Source: Chrysochromulina tobinii
Lineage: Eukaryota
Direction of reading: 5' to 3'
DNA: 40,986 nt
NCBI GenBank assembly: GCA_001275005.1
Contig: JWZX01003091.1
Location: 1 to 40,986, forward strand
Shown: piece by piece, positions 9,001 to 18,037 of the stretch
Layout of the letters: the number at the start of each line of letters is the position of its first letter
Numbering within the stretch: position 1 is the stretch's first letter
Notes under the pieces: generated by a model
The model's input: the letters and a program-made list of their open reading frames with translations, nothing else
Databases searched by the model: none
Told to the model about the DNA's origin: nothing
Position numbers and translations under genes: made by a program

Positions 9001-11857
9001 ACGTGGGCGACCCCGTGTTCACAATCACCTTCTACGCTGTTGGCGGCGTAGTGGTTCTTCTCGCTACTGCGCTGGTCATGGCCATTTGCAAGCGCAGAGG
9101 GGCTCAGGTAGCAAAGACCGCGCTCGCTCTCGCACGCAAAGATGAGGAAGGGAAGGACGACAGGCATGACAGAATAAAGAGGCGAGCCACCTCAAGGATT
9201 AAGTTGACAGAGGAAGCGACTCAAAGTCTCGCAGCGTCCGCTGGGGTTTCGGAAGCAACGTGGTCCAGGTTGGCTCAGTTGGCGTCACTTGTGGGGTCGT
9301 TCGGGGTCAAGATCCGGATTTTGATCTCGCTCTGCCAGGTGGTCGGGCAGCTGGGGTTGATCTTTGACGTGACCTACCCGGCCTTCTACACTGAAACCCT
9401 CAAGAGCATCAGCAACATCAACATCCCTTTTCAGTTGCTGCCCTTTGGCTGTATCTTTCCGTCGCTGAATAACTTCATCTTCGATCTAGTGCTCAAGACA
9501 GCCACGCCTATCATATTCGTGCTGCTGCTCTCCTTCTTCAGCAAAGTCCTGCGCGCACGCTCTGGCGGTAGCGGCTTTGGGGTCTTCCTCGCTGATGCAT
9601 GCTCGGATCTGTGGTTCTTCATCATCTTCCTCGTCTTCCCAAGCTGCTCCACCATGACCTTCACATACTTCATGCGCGAGACGTATGACGAGCCTGGGGA
9701 GGAGTATGTGGACCTGATGCGAGCCGACCGCTCCATCAACCGCGAGGAGCCTCTCTACCAGAGCTTCACGGCGTACGCGATCGCCATGCTCGTCGTCTAC
9801 CCGATCGGCGTGCCCCTCCTCTATGCGCTCATGTTCCACCGTTCGCGCCACCAGCTTCACGAGATGCGCCGCATCGAGCTCACTCTGGAGACGGACTTTG
9901 CGCTCGCGAAGCTCGAGGCGGAGGCCGCTGCCACCCCGGAGGAGACGGACGAGATGGTGCGCAGGGCCATCGAAGTGCATCAGGCCAGCAGCGAAGCCCT
10001 TGAGAAGCTACGTGGCGAGCTGCCGACGACGCTGCGCAAGCTGACCGCGGGCTACGAGCTCCGCACGTACTGGTTCGAGATCTTTGAATGCCTACGCAAG
10101 ATCACTCTCATCGGGCTGCCCATCTTTTTCCCGCCTGGGTCGCCGCCGCAGCTCATCTTCGGGTTAATCATCTGCTTCCTCAGCTATGGCGCCTACTGCG
10201 TCTGCTCTCCATACATCAGAGATGACGACGACTTCCTTGCTCAGGTTTCGCAGGTCATCATCTTCTTCTCGTTGGTCAGCTCCGTGGTGACCAACGCGTT
10301 CCCCGAGGATCCGTTGATGAGAGTCTTGCTCCCAGCGCTCCTCGCCGTGCCCGTGATCCTCACCTTCATCTTCGAGACGCCGCTGCTCGAGTTCCTGCGT
10401 AGCTTCACCGAACCTGATAAGGAGGGCAACGTCGGCTTGGCTGGCCAGTTTATCCTCGCCTTCCGCCGTCACACCCTCCGGATCACGGATAGGCTCGTTG
10501 GCGCTGTCGGGCAAGAAGAAGCCAAGTCAGGAATGCGCGCCGTGTGGGAGGAGCACAGCAAAGAGCTTGGAGCCTCCGCCTTGGTGCGCGCCCGCTCGTC
10601 CCAATCCTCGTTCACATCCTTGTCGACGTCCGAACCCTCGGCGAGGCATGCAGACATGCCTGCAGCCGGCCCTTCAGAACGTTTTGCTCCCAACGACGGA
10701 GGCGCAGCGATCTCCCAACAATCTCCCAACGACGGAGGCGCGGCGCCGAAGGTGCGGGCACAGGTCCGGCAGGTACGTGGAAACCTGCGCACACTCGTAC
10801 ACGTGGCCGACCAAGCCAACCAGGAGGTCACCGCCGCCTTTGCCGCTGCGATGACCGTGGCCAGCGAGGGCAAGAAGACGCCGGTTCCTGATGACCACTC
10901 CATATTAGGCAACAAGACGTCGACTCCCTGGACTTTTCTCTCGAATCGAACGGCCGTAGCGGCAGCGGCGGCTAAAGTGGCGGACAAGGCGCCAGTGGAC
11001 AAGGCCGCCAAGGCAGCCAAGGCAGACAAGGCCGTGATGAGCCATCTGCTCCAACTCGACCCCACAGGTGTGAATGACCTCTGATGACCTCGATGACCTC
11101 TGATGACCTCTGATGACCTCTGATGAGCCATCTGCTCCAACTCAACCCCACAGCTCTCGAAACCGAGCTCCGCAGCCTGGGCGAGACAAAGCAGGTCTCC
11201 GAGGCTCCTGCAAGCAATGAGGGAGGCAATCAGGTCTCCGAGGCTCCTAGCTCCTGGCGGGCCAGCGTAGCCCCTGGCGGGCCTCCCTGGGAGCTCCTTG
11301 ACTCTGGAGACTCACTCAAGGGCCTCGCTGAGCTCCGTGCGGTCCTCAGACTCTTTACGCGCGAACTCGAGGCTGTCAAGCATGCTGATCACGACTATGT
11401 GCGCATGCAGAGGATGCTCATTATCTTCCTGCGCTTGGTGCAAACAAGAAGTGCGTCGGAGCGCCTGGAGCTCGCCCCCTCGCTGCAGGCTTTGCACAAG
11501 GTCCAGCAGATCCAAGCCATCGTGCACAAGGCACTACTGCGGATGCAACACCGCATGGTGCCCGCCGCCTTCGAACAGTGGCGTGACACCTACCTTGCGG
11601 CCAAACACAAGCACGCTCTCGCTGGAATGGCTCCGCGAGACTCGGACGCTCGGGATGGCGTTGGTGGCGGCGCCAACGGCTCGTCCGAATCAATCTCGAC
11701 GCCCGAGCTGCACTCGACGATTCAATCTGAATCAATCTCGACGCCCGAGCTGCACTCGACGGCGCCTCCCTCGGTGATGACTTGGCTGGCAAACTTGGGC
11801 TCCGACAGGGGCCGCCGAGGGTCCAAGGAGCCCTCTGAGGCACATCTCGATGCGTGA
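3096..11857 (+). CDS. Giant receptor-like membrane protein (~2,900 aa): signal peptide(s), Pro-rich linker, 11 FG-GAP/VCBS repeats, GCC2/GCC3 (ephrin-receptor-like) Cys-rich repeats, SEA-like insert, multi-pass (~7 TM) region and cytoplasmic tail. Exons 3096-11067, 11154-11857.
   Basis: ORF 3045-11084 has AAADVDGDGDLDVLLGN repeats, many CxxCPxGxY motifs and hydrophobic helices at ~9020-10370. Intron 11068-11153 (CAG|GT...CAG|) joins it in frame to ORF 11123-11857 (DPT-A-LETELR). The first in-frame ATG is 3096. Confidence 0.85.
4430..6015 (+). repeat. 11 near-identical 147-bp (49-aa) FG-GAP/VCBS coding repeats
   Basis: gcggcggacgtggacggcgacggcgacctcgacgtgctgcttgggaac recurs at ~147-bp spacing; one unit carries a 9-bp (ELP) duplication. 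Confidence 0.95.
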
Positions 11858-11882
11858 AAGCACTGGCACAAGAAAAGCACGA

Positions 11883-11939
11883 TGACGAAACTGGAGTGCA
11901 CACGTGACGAAACTGGAGGCACAAGTGACGAAACTGGAG
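11883..11939 (+). repeat. Three copies of TGACGAAACTGGAG in the 3' UTR
   Basis: Copies at 11883, 11905 and 11926. Confidence 0.85.
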
Positions 11940-12399
11940 AGCTCTAGTGCCCGTTCTGGAGGTACGAGAGAACACATGTCGCTCACACAGGGCCGATACC
12001 GCGGGCAGTGGGGCAGGGGTGGAGCAGGGGTGGAATGGGGGTCGAGACGAGACTCACACTGAGTTCAAAATCAGGTGCGGAGGTGGTGGGGATAGTGTGT
12101 GCGAATCCAGAAACGCGAATACACTCCCCCTACCCCTTTGAGGTCAAATCACACGAACATCAAACTGCTAACACTAGTACTAACTGAAGTTTTTTGGAAT
12201 GGACGGCGAACGTGGTCACACGGCGGCCGCACCGGCCCTCGCACTTGGCACTACAATCTCGCGCGTGAGCTACCGCGAGAGCTCATATGCTCGTCTCCAA
12301 GAGTGGAACCAGCTTCCTATGAACATGGCAGTCTTCCTCATGGCCGTCCTTCTGTACGCATGTGGGCATGGGGCAGCCTGCTGTGCCGCCTTGACCGTC

Positions 12400-12540
12400 G
12401 ACGCCCAGATCCTCAACATGATCTCAAACATCGAGCTCATGATTGTGACGCCCAGATCCTCAACATGATCTCAAACATCGAGCTCATGATTGTGACGCCC
12501 AGATCCTCAACATGATCTCAAACATCGAGCTCATGATTGT
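12400..12540. repeat. Perfect 47-bp tandem repeat x3
   Basis: gacgcccagatcctcaacatgatctcaaacatcgagctcatgattgt at 12400, 12447 and 12494, with no spacers. Confidence 0.95.
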
Positions 12541-12560
12541 GGTGCTCATCCTCACGAGAG

Positions 12561-13589
12561 TCACGTGCGGCCACTCTCAACGGCACGCTGGCGAAAGAAC
12601 GTCTTGCCCATCTCATACGAGGCAATCATGATCGCGCACGACGGCGCCACCTTGGCAAGCCGCGGACCCAAACCGGCAAAGAGGGCACCGACGCCCTCGC
12701 GCTGTGCAATCTGCGCCATGAGAGCGAGGGTGCTTGGGTGCGCAATCGCACTGCCTCGCTGCCCTTGCACGCCGGCCGGCTGCGCCGAAAGCTGGTGAAC
12801 AGGGTGGGCAGGTCGATCCGTCACCTGGTGGCGCGTCTTCAGCACGTCGAAGGGCGTCGTGAGGAAGGCGGCGAACGCTCCCGAGGCGGCTCCGCATGCA
12901 AACGAGTGAACGGGCTCGAGCTGCGCCGGCTGCCCCTCGGCGGTGTGACTGACGAAACCCGAAGCGACGCCACGCGCCAGCAGCCTTGCTTTGAGCAGCT
13001 CGTAGACCGTCCAGTACAGCATAGAGAAGGGCACGTCGCGCCACAAGGTCGGTGGAAGCCCCTTCCACAGAGCGCCCCACCCTTCACGCTTCACGAGCGC
13101 CATCGCCCCACCGATCATGCCTTCGCTCCGCAAGGCCTGTGACGACTGCAAGCGCGTGCGCATGAGCTCCACGGGCGACACGATCGTGGCGGTCAGCAGC
13201 CGCGCCCCGCCACCCGCGATCAGTGGCGCCAGCTCTCGCAGCGGCCTCGCAGGTGCGCTCGCTACGATGGCGTCTCGAGCGGCCTCGTACAAGCTGAAGT
13301 AGAGAACAGTGCCTGGGACGCTCATGATGAGCGCGGGTTGCAATCCAGCCCACAGGGAGGCGATGCCCTCATGCCGTGCCACTCGTAACATCACGGACGA
13401 TGCCGATGTCAAAGGCACAGACCCGCTGGCTCCGATGAGGGCGGCTTCAGGATGCTGCATGCGCACCCGGACCACATCAAGCGGAGTCATGAAAAGTGAA
13501 GTGAGGATGGCCCCAGAGCACGCCGCTGCCGAGGTCTCCAGCCACGTGATGCGTGGCGGCTCTGACGCCGGCGCCGCGCCTTCTCTCAT
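12561..13589 (-). CDS. Mitochondrial carrier, SLC25A39/SLC25A40 (Mtm1)-like, intronless
   Basis: Three PX[DE]XX[KR]X[KR] signatures (PLDVVRVR, PVELMRTR, PFDVLKTR), plus LWRDVPFSMLYW and PSCAIMIASYE typical of this subfamily; ATG at 13589. Confidence 0.9.
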   Translation of the reverse strand: MREGAAPASEPPRITWLETSAAACSGAILTSLFMTPLDVVRVRMQHPEAALIGASGSVPLTSASSVMLRVARHEGIASLWAGLQPALIMSVPGTVLYFSLYEAARDAIVASAPARPLRELAPLIAGGGARLLTATIVSPVELMRTRLQSSQALRSEGMIGGAMALVKREGWGALWKGLPPTLWRDVPFSMLYWTVYELLKARLLARGVASGFVSHTAEGQPAQLEPVHSFACGAASGAFAAFLTTPFDVLKTRHQVTDRPAHPVHQLSAQPAGVQGQRGSAIAHPSTLALMAQIAQREGVGALFAGLGPRLAKVAPSCAIMIASYEMGKTFFRQRAVESGRT

Positions 13590-13747
13590 GGAAAGCAAAC
13601 ACCCTGAAACTTTCCGGAAAGCGAACACCCGGCCACCACACTACGGTACGTCGACGGGCGTCAGGTGTGATTGAAGTTCAGAAAGTTTCCCTAGGAAACG
13701 AGTTTTCCCCGTTTGGCAAGCGCGAAGTGCGACAAATTCGCCGCAAC
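13590..13747. promoter_or_regulatory. Probable bidirectional promoter between the head-to-head carrier and SET genes
   Basis: Only 158 bp separate the divergent ATGs; the gap is more AT-rich than the flanking CDSs. Confidence 0.45.
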
Positions 13748-15715
13748 ATGGCGGCGACGCCCGCAGCGCAGGCGGTCCGCGATTTGATCGCCCACGCCCG
13801 CGCGGCCGGCGCGGAGCTTCACGAAGCTGTGGTCGTCAAGGAAGGCCAACGCGGCCGCGGTCTCTTTGCGGCTGCGCCGATCGCAAATGGTGCACTGCTC
13901 CTTTCTGTGCCGCTGTCGCACGCAGTCGTCCCGGCCGGCCCACTGGCGGATCTGGTGCCGACTCGCTGTTCGCGGCTACTCGCACTGGCGCTGACTGTCT
14001 TGCATGAAATCCACGTCAAGAGCCCACGGGACCCATTCTTTGAGATGCTCGCGGTGTCTCCGTTGCCTGCGACGCCTTCGCTGTGGACGCACGATGCGAT
14101 CGCCGAGCTCGAAGGCACGTCGCTGCTTCCGAATGGAGCCGACGCCGCCGCCGTGGATGCCGCCGCCGCCGCCGCCTTCGAGGCCGACGTGCTGCCCGTC
14201 ATGAGGGCGGCCGGCGACGACTACCTGCCGCCGCACACGCGCGTGCGTTCACTCTTTGCACAGTGCCTCGCGTGGGTCACGTCGCGAGCGCTCTTCGGTC
14301 GCGTCAACTACGAGCAGGGCGCCGCGAGCCTGTGGCCCTACTTGCGTGCCGACGGCCCTCCGACGGCCAACTCCCTCATCCTGCTCCCGCTCTTCGACCT
14401 GCTCAACACGGCGTCGGCGGGAGATGCGATCTGCGCGAGCCTGCGTCGTGTGGACAGTCCAACGGCTGTCGTCGAAGTGAGGGCCTCGCTCGAGGGCCTC
14501 TGATGGCCTCCCATTGCCTGCAATCGACTCCTCATTCCTCTCTTGACTTCTGACCTCTCATTGACTTGTCATTCACACCTCTCATTGACTTGTCATTCAC
14601 AGGTCAGGGCCACACGCGCGATTGCTGCGACTGACGAAATCCTCATCACGTACGGCCAACACGACGCCGCCGAGCTGCTGCGCACCTATGGCATCTCCGA
14701 GGGCGAGCATGCCCAGCCGGCCGTGACTCTCGACTTCCGCATCGATGAGGTCGTCGATGCCACGCGCACGAGCCTCGCCAAGGCGGGCGCCGTGCTGAGC
14801 GCCGCCAACGCTACGGCGCGCTGTGAGATGCTGCGAGGTGCGGGGCGGCTTCCCGCGTGCTTTCGCGTGCGGTCGGTCAACGGTACGCTGGTGCCCACCG
14901 AGAGCCGACGAGCATGCCAGTGCTCACCACGGCGCCGCGCCTCCCTGGACAGGTACGCTGGTGCCCACTGAGCCGACGAGCGAGCTGGCGAACGAACCGG
15001 CGACGACTATACCTCTCTCGCTGCTGACTTTGGTCCAAGTGCTCGTGATGGGGGACGAGGAGGTGCGTGTATGGGGTAGCCTCTCTGAGAGCCTCTCTGA
15101 GTGCCTCTCTGATTGCCTCTCTGAGTGCGTCTCTGAGTAGTCTCTGATAGCCTCTCTGAGTGCCTCTCTGAGTGCCTCTCTGATGGCCTCTCTGAGTGTG
15201 TCTGATGGCAGGTGCGAGAATGGGATGATGAACCCTGATGATCCCTGATGAGCGCTGATGAGCCCTGATGAGCCCTGATGAGCCCTGATGATCCCTGATG
15301 ATCCCTGATGGCCACTGATGGATGGCAGGTGCGAGAATGGGAAGCGGCCGGGCGCATCATGCTCGGCTTGCCATATTTGGATGCGGAGAGCCTCGCGCTC
15401 GTGATTGGGGCGCTGCTCACACTCTGTAACGGTCGAGTGCGTCGGCTCCCAAAGATGGCAACCGCGCCGTTACAGACCGAGGGCCATGCTGAAGAGGGCG
15501 CCGTCGTGGGCGCTGGTTCGGGCCGCAGTGCGGGCAGCAGCTACGATGCGGTGGAGATGGCGCGCATGCAGGGAGATGCAGGGAGGTGCAGGGAGGTGCA
15601 GGGAGATACCGGGAGATACATGGAGATGGCGCGCGCGCTCGTGCGCCGGGAGCGAGGGCTGCTCGAGGGCGCGTTCACGAGGGCGGTGCTTCAGTTGGAA
15701 TGCGATGGGTCCAAG

Positions 15716-15747
<32 letters not shown>

Positions 15748-15907
15748 TGATGATGATAGTGATGATGATGATGATGGTGGGGAGGAGGGCGTGGAGGAGG
15801 ACGAGGAGGACGAGGAGGACGAGGGCGACGGCGACGAGGATGGCGCGGTGGGGCAGCCTCCAGTTAGGGATCCGGGCGTGGGGAGCAAACGCGCAAGGAA
15901 CGCGTGA
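13748..15907 (+). CDS. SET-domain protein-lysine methyltransferase (Rubisco LSMT/SETD6-like) with acidic C-terminal tail. Exons 13748-14476, 14603-14882, 14953-15062, 15329-15907.
   Basis: Motifs GRGLFAAAPIANGALLLSVP, WVTSRA, LLPLFDLLN and RAIAATDEILITYG; GT-AG introns restore one frame; poly-Asp/Glu tail ending in a basic KRAR motif. Confidence 0.8.
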
Positions 15908-16152
15908 CTCAGGAGCGACGGAGACACGGAGTCAGGACGCGTGGTCAGGGAGAACGAGACAGCGTGACTGTGCTGATTTGTGGTTTCAAACCTGAACCTG
16001 AGATAGGCTCCTGAGAGCGAGATACCCCAGCCTACCCCCAGCGCCCCACGGTCATTTTCAACATCGGTGACGAGATTTGTACCTCGTGCGGATTTGGAGC
16101 TCGATTAGGAATCCTAACTTTGGGGGTTTGGTGCTGAGTTGCAGTGCTGAGT

Positions 16153-17121
16153 ATGCTCGCGAGCTTCGCTGCGCCCATCGCGCTCAGTCTGTGCGCGAGC
16201 AGCAGCTGGGAGGCTCTCCCCTCTCGCACAGGCCCGCGACCGACAGTGCAGGTGCACAACCTCTGGGACCAGCGCGTCCCGTACCATGAAGCGCTCGCTT
16301 GGCAGCGGCGCCTCCTCTCGGAGCGTGTCGCCTCGCTGCGCTCGGGCGCGGCTCCAGCCGGGGACTCGCTGCTGCTGCTGCAGCATCCACCCGTGCTCAC
16401 GCTCGGCACGGCCAGCACGCTCGACAATGTGCGCTCCGACGCGCCGCCCTTCGAGCTCGTGCGCACCGAGCGCGGCGGCGAGGTCACGTACCACGGGCCT
16501 GGGCAACTTGTGCTCTACCCGATTCTCGACCTGCGCGCGTACCGGCAGGATGTGCACTGGTACATGCGCGCGCTCGAGGAGGTGGCCATCCGCACCGTGC
16601 GCTCCGTCGGCCTGCCCGCGGGCCGCGTCGAGGGACTGACCGGCGTTTGGGTCGATAGGCGAGGAGGCAGCGGCGGCGATGGCCTCACCGGCGCTGGTGA
16701 GGCGTCCCCGGCCAAGATTTGCGCGATAGGCGTGAAGCTCTCCCGGTGGGTGACGATGCACGGGCTCGCACTCAACGTCGAGACGGACCTGCGCGACTTT
16801 GAGCACATCGTGCCCTGCGGCATCGCCGACCGGCCGGTCACCAGCATGCAGAGGGAGGTGGAGCGACGGGGCGACGAGAGAGATCGCCTCGAGTGCTCCT
16901 CGATTCGGCGCGGCGAGGCGGCGGCCCAGGCAGCGGCCGAGCCGACCCCAAGCATGGAGACCGTCCAGGTGCTGCTGCTGCGCCACTTTGCCGAAGTCTT
17001 CGACGCGGAGCTTGTGCCCGCGACGGCGCCCGGCGTTGCGGCTCCGGGACCCGCGTGGGCCCTGGCGCGTGTGTCTGCGTGGCCGCGCTCCCTGCATAAG
17101 GATCATCGAGGATCTCAATAA
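16153..17121 (+). CDS. lipB: Lipoyl(octanoyl) transferase (lipoate-protein ligase B), probable organellar targeting peptide, intronless
   Basis: Motifs LLLQHPPVLTLG, RGGEVTYHGPGQLVLYPILDL, KICAIG, TMHGLALNV and IVPCGI. Confidence 0.93.
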   Translation: MLASFAAPIALSLCASSSWEALPSRTGPRPTVQVHNLWDQRVPYHEALAWQRRLLSERVASLRSGAAPAGDSLLLLQHPPVLTLGTASTLDNVRSDAPPFELVRTERGGEVTYHGPGQLVLYPILDLRAYRQDVHWYMRALEEVAIRTVRSVGLPAGRVEGLTGVWVDRRGGSGGDGLTGAGEASPAKICAIGVKLSRWVTMHGLALNVETDLRDFEHIVPCGIADRPVTSMQREVERRGDERDRLECSSIRRGEAAAQAAAEPTPSMETVQVLLLRHFAEVFDAELVPATAPGVAAPGPAWALARVSAWPRSLHKDHRGSQ

Positions 17122-17341
17122 TGTCGATGTGGCTACATCTAATAGCATCTAATATCGCCCCGGGGCGGGGTCGACCGGAACACATTATGACAGCATCGCA
17201 TGGTGCACGCAGAGATCAGCGATGCCTATATAAGACCGCCAAGGGCCCCACACGCACCCGGCTGCATGATTCCATGAGAACAAGGCCCGCGAGCACCGCG
17301 CGGAGCGATGTAGACGACGGGGTACCTCGCGCCGCCGCCCC

Positions 17342-17914
17342 TCACAATGACAGCATGCCAGCGGGAGCGGGCACAGCGCGCTGTCCGTCGGGCGGCAGGC
17401 GGAGTGTCACCGCAGCCGTGCCCGGCATCAGCAACACGCTCGGGTGCGCCTCATCGCGCACGCGCACGGCGGCGTCGCACTCCTCGCGGCGCGCACTCTT
17501 GCTGAGCCGCGTCATGTCGGCGGCGAGCGTCCGCGATCCGCGCATCAAGTCGTCGACCGCCGCCTCGTGGGCCTCGCTCAGCGTGGCGCACGCCTGCTCG
17601 CCGCGCGTGCGCCAGTCGGCCAGCCGCGTTCGGAGCGTGGCGAAGACGGTGGCAGCCGGCGGCGGCTGGTCGGAAACGCTGGGCGCCGGTCGCAGCAGCT
17701 CGCTCGTCCACGTGCCGATGGCGTGCAGGCTGTCCTGGGCGTGCAAAACCTCGTGATGCTTGCGCTTGCTCGCGATCGCTGCGGAGTCGGGCACTTTGGC
17801 CGGTGCGGCGACGAGCTTAGCAGCGGCCTTGATCTCCGGCCGGGGTACCAAGGGTGCGGCGCGATTCGGCAGGGACGCGAGGTTCCCACCGGCACGCTGG
17901 CTCGCGTGTTGCAT
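17342..17914 (-). CDS. Hypothetical protein (190 aa)
   Basis: ATG-initiated ORF with GC3-rich codons and plausible helical composition, filling the gap between lipB and the glycosyltransferase; no recognisable motif. Confidence 0.45.
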   Translation of the reverse strand: MQHASQRAGGNLASLPNRAAPLVPRPEIKAAAKLVAAPAKVPDSAAIASKRKHHEVLHAQDSLHAIGTWTSELLRPAPSVSDQPPPAATVFATLRTRLADWRTRGEQACATLSEAHEAAVDDLMRGSRTLAADMTRLSKSARREECDAAVRVRDEAHPSVLLMPGTAAVTLRLPPDGQRAVPAPAGMLSL

Positions 17915-18037
17915 CGAGCGAAAGTGGCACGTCTCTTCACATGAACGGGCGCGTGACTTTCGAAATGCGGCATCAGGGAAACATGCACTTCCTGCCGCGC
18001 GAACCTCGACTTGACTTGACTTGTCGATCGACGTGAA

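Noticed and set aside
11123..11857. Separate 244-aa gene
   Set aside because: Its ATG lies within the intronic duplicate of the upstream exon; splicing 11068-11153 joins it in frame to the giant ORF
12400..12540. CRISPR array
   Set aside because: The repeats are directly adjacent with no spacers, there are no cas genes, and the context is eukaryotic
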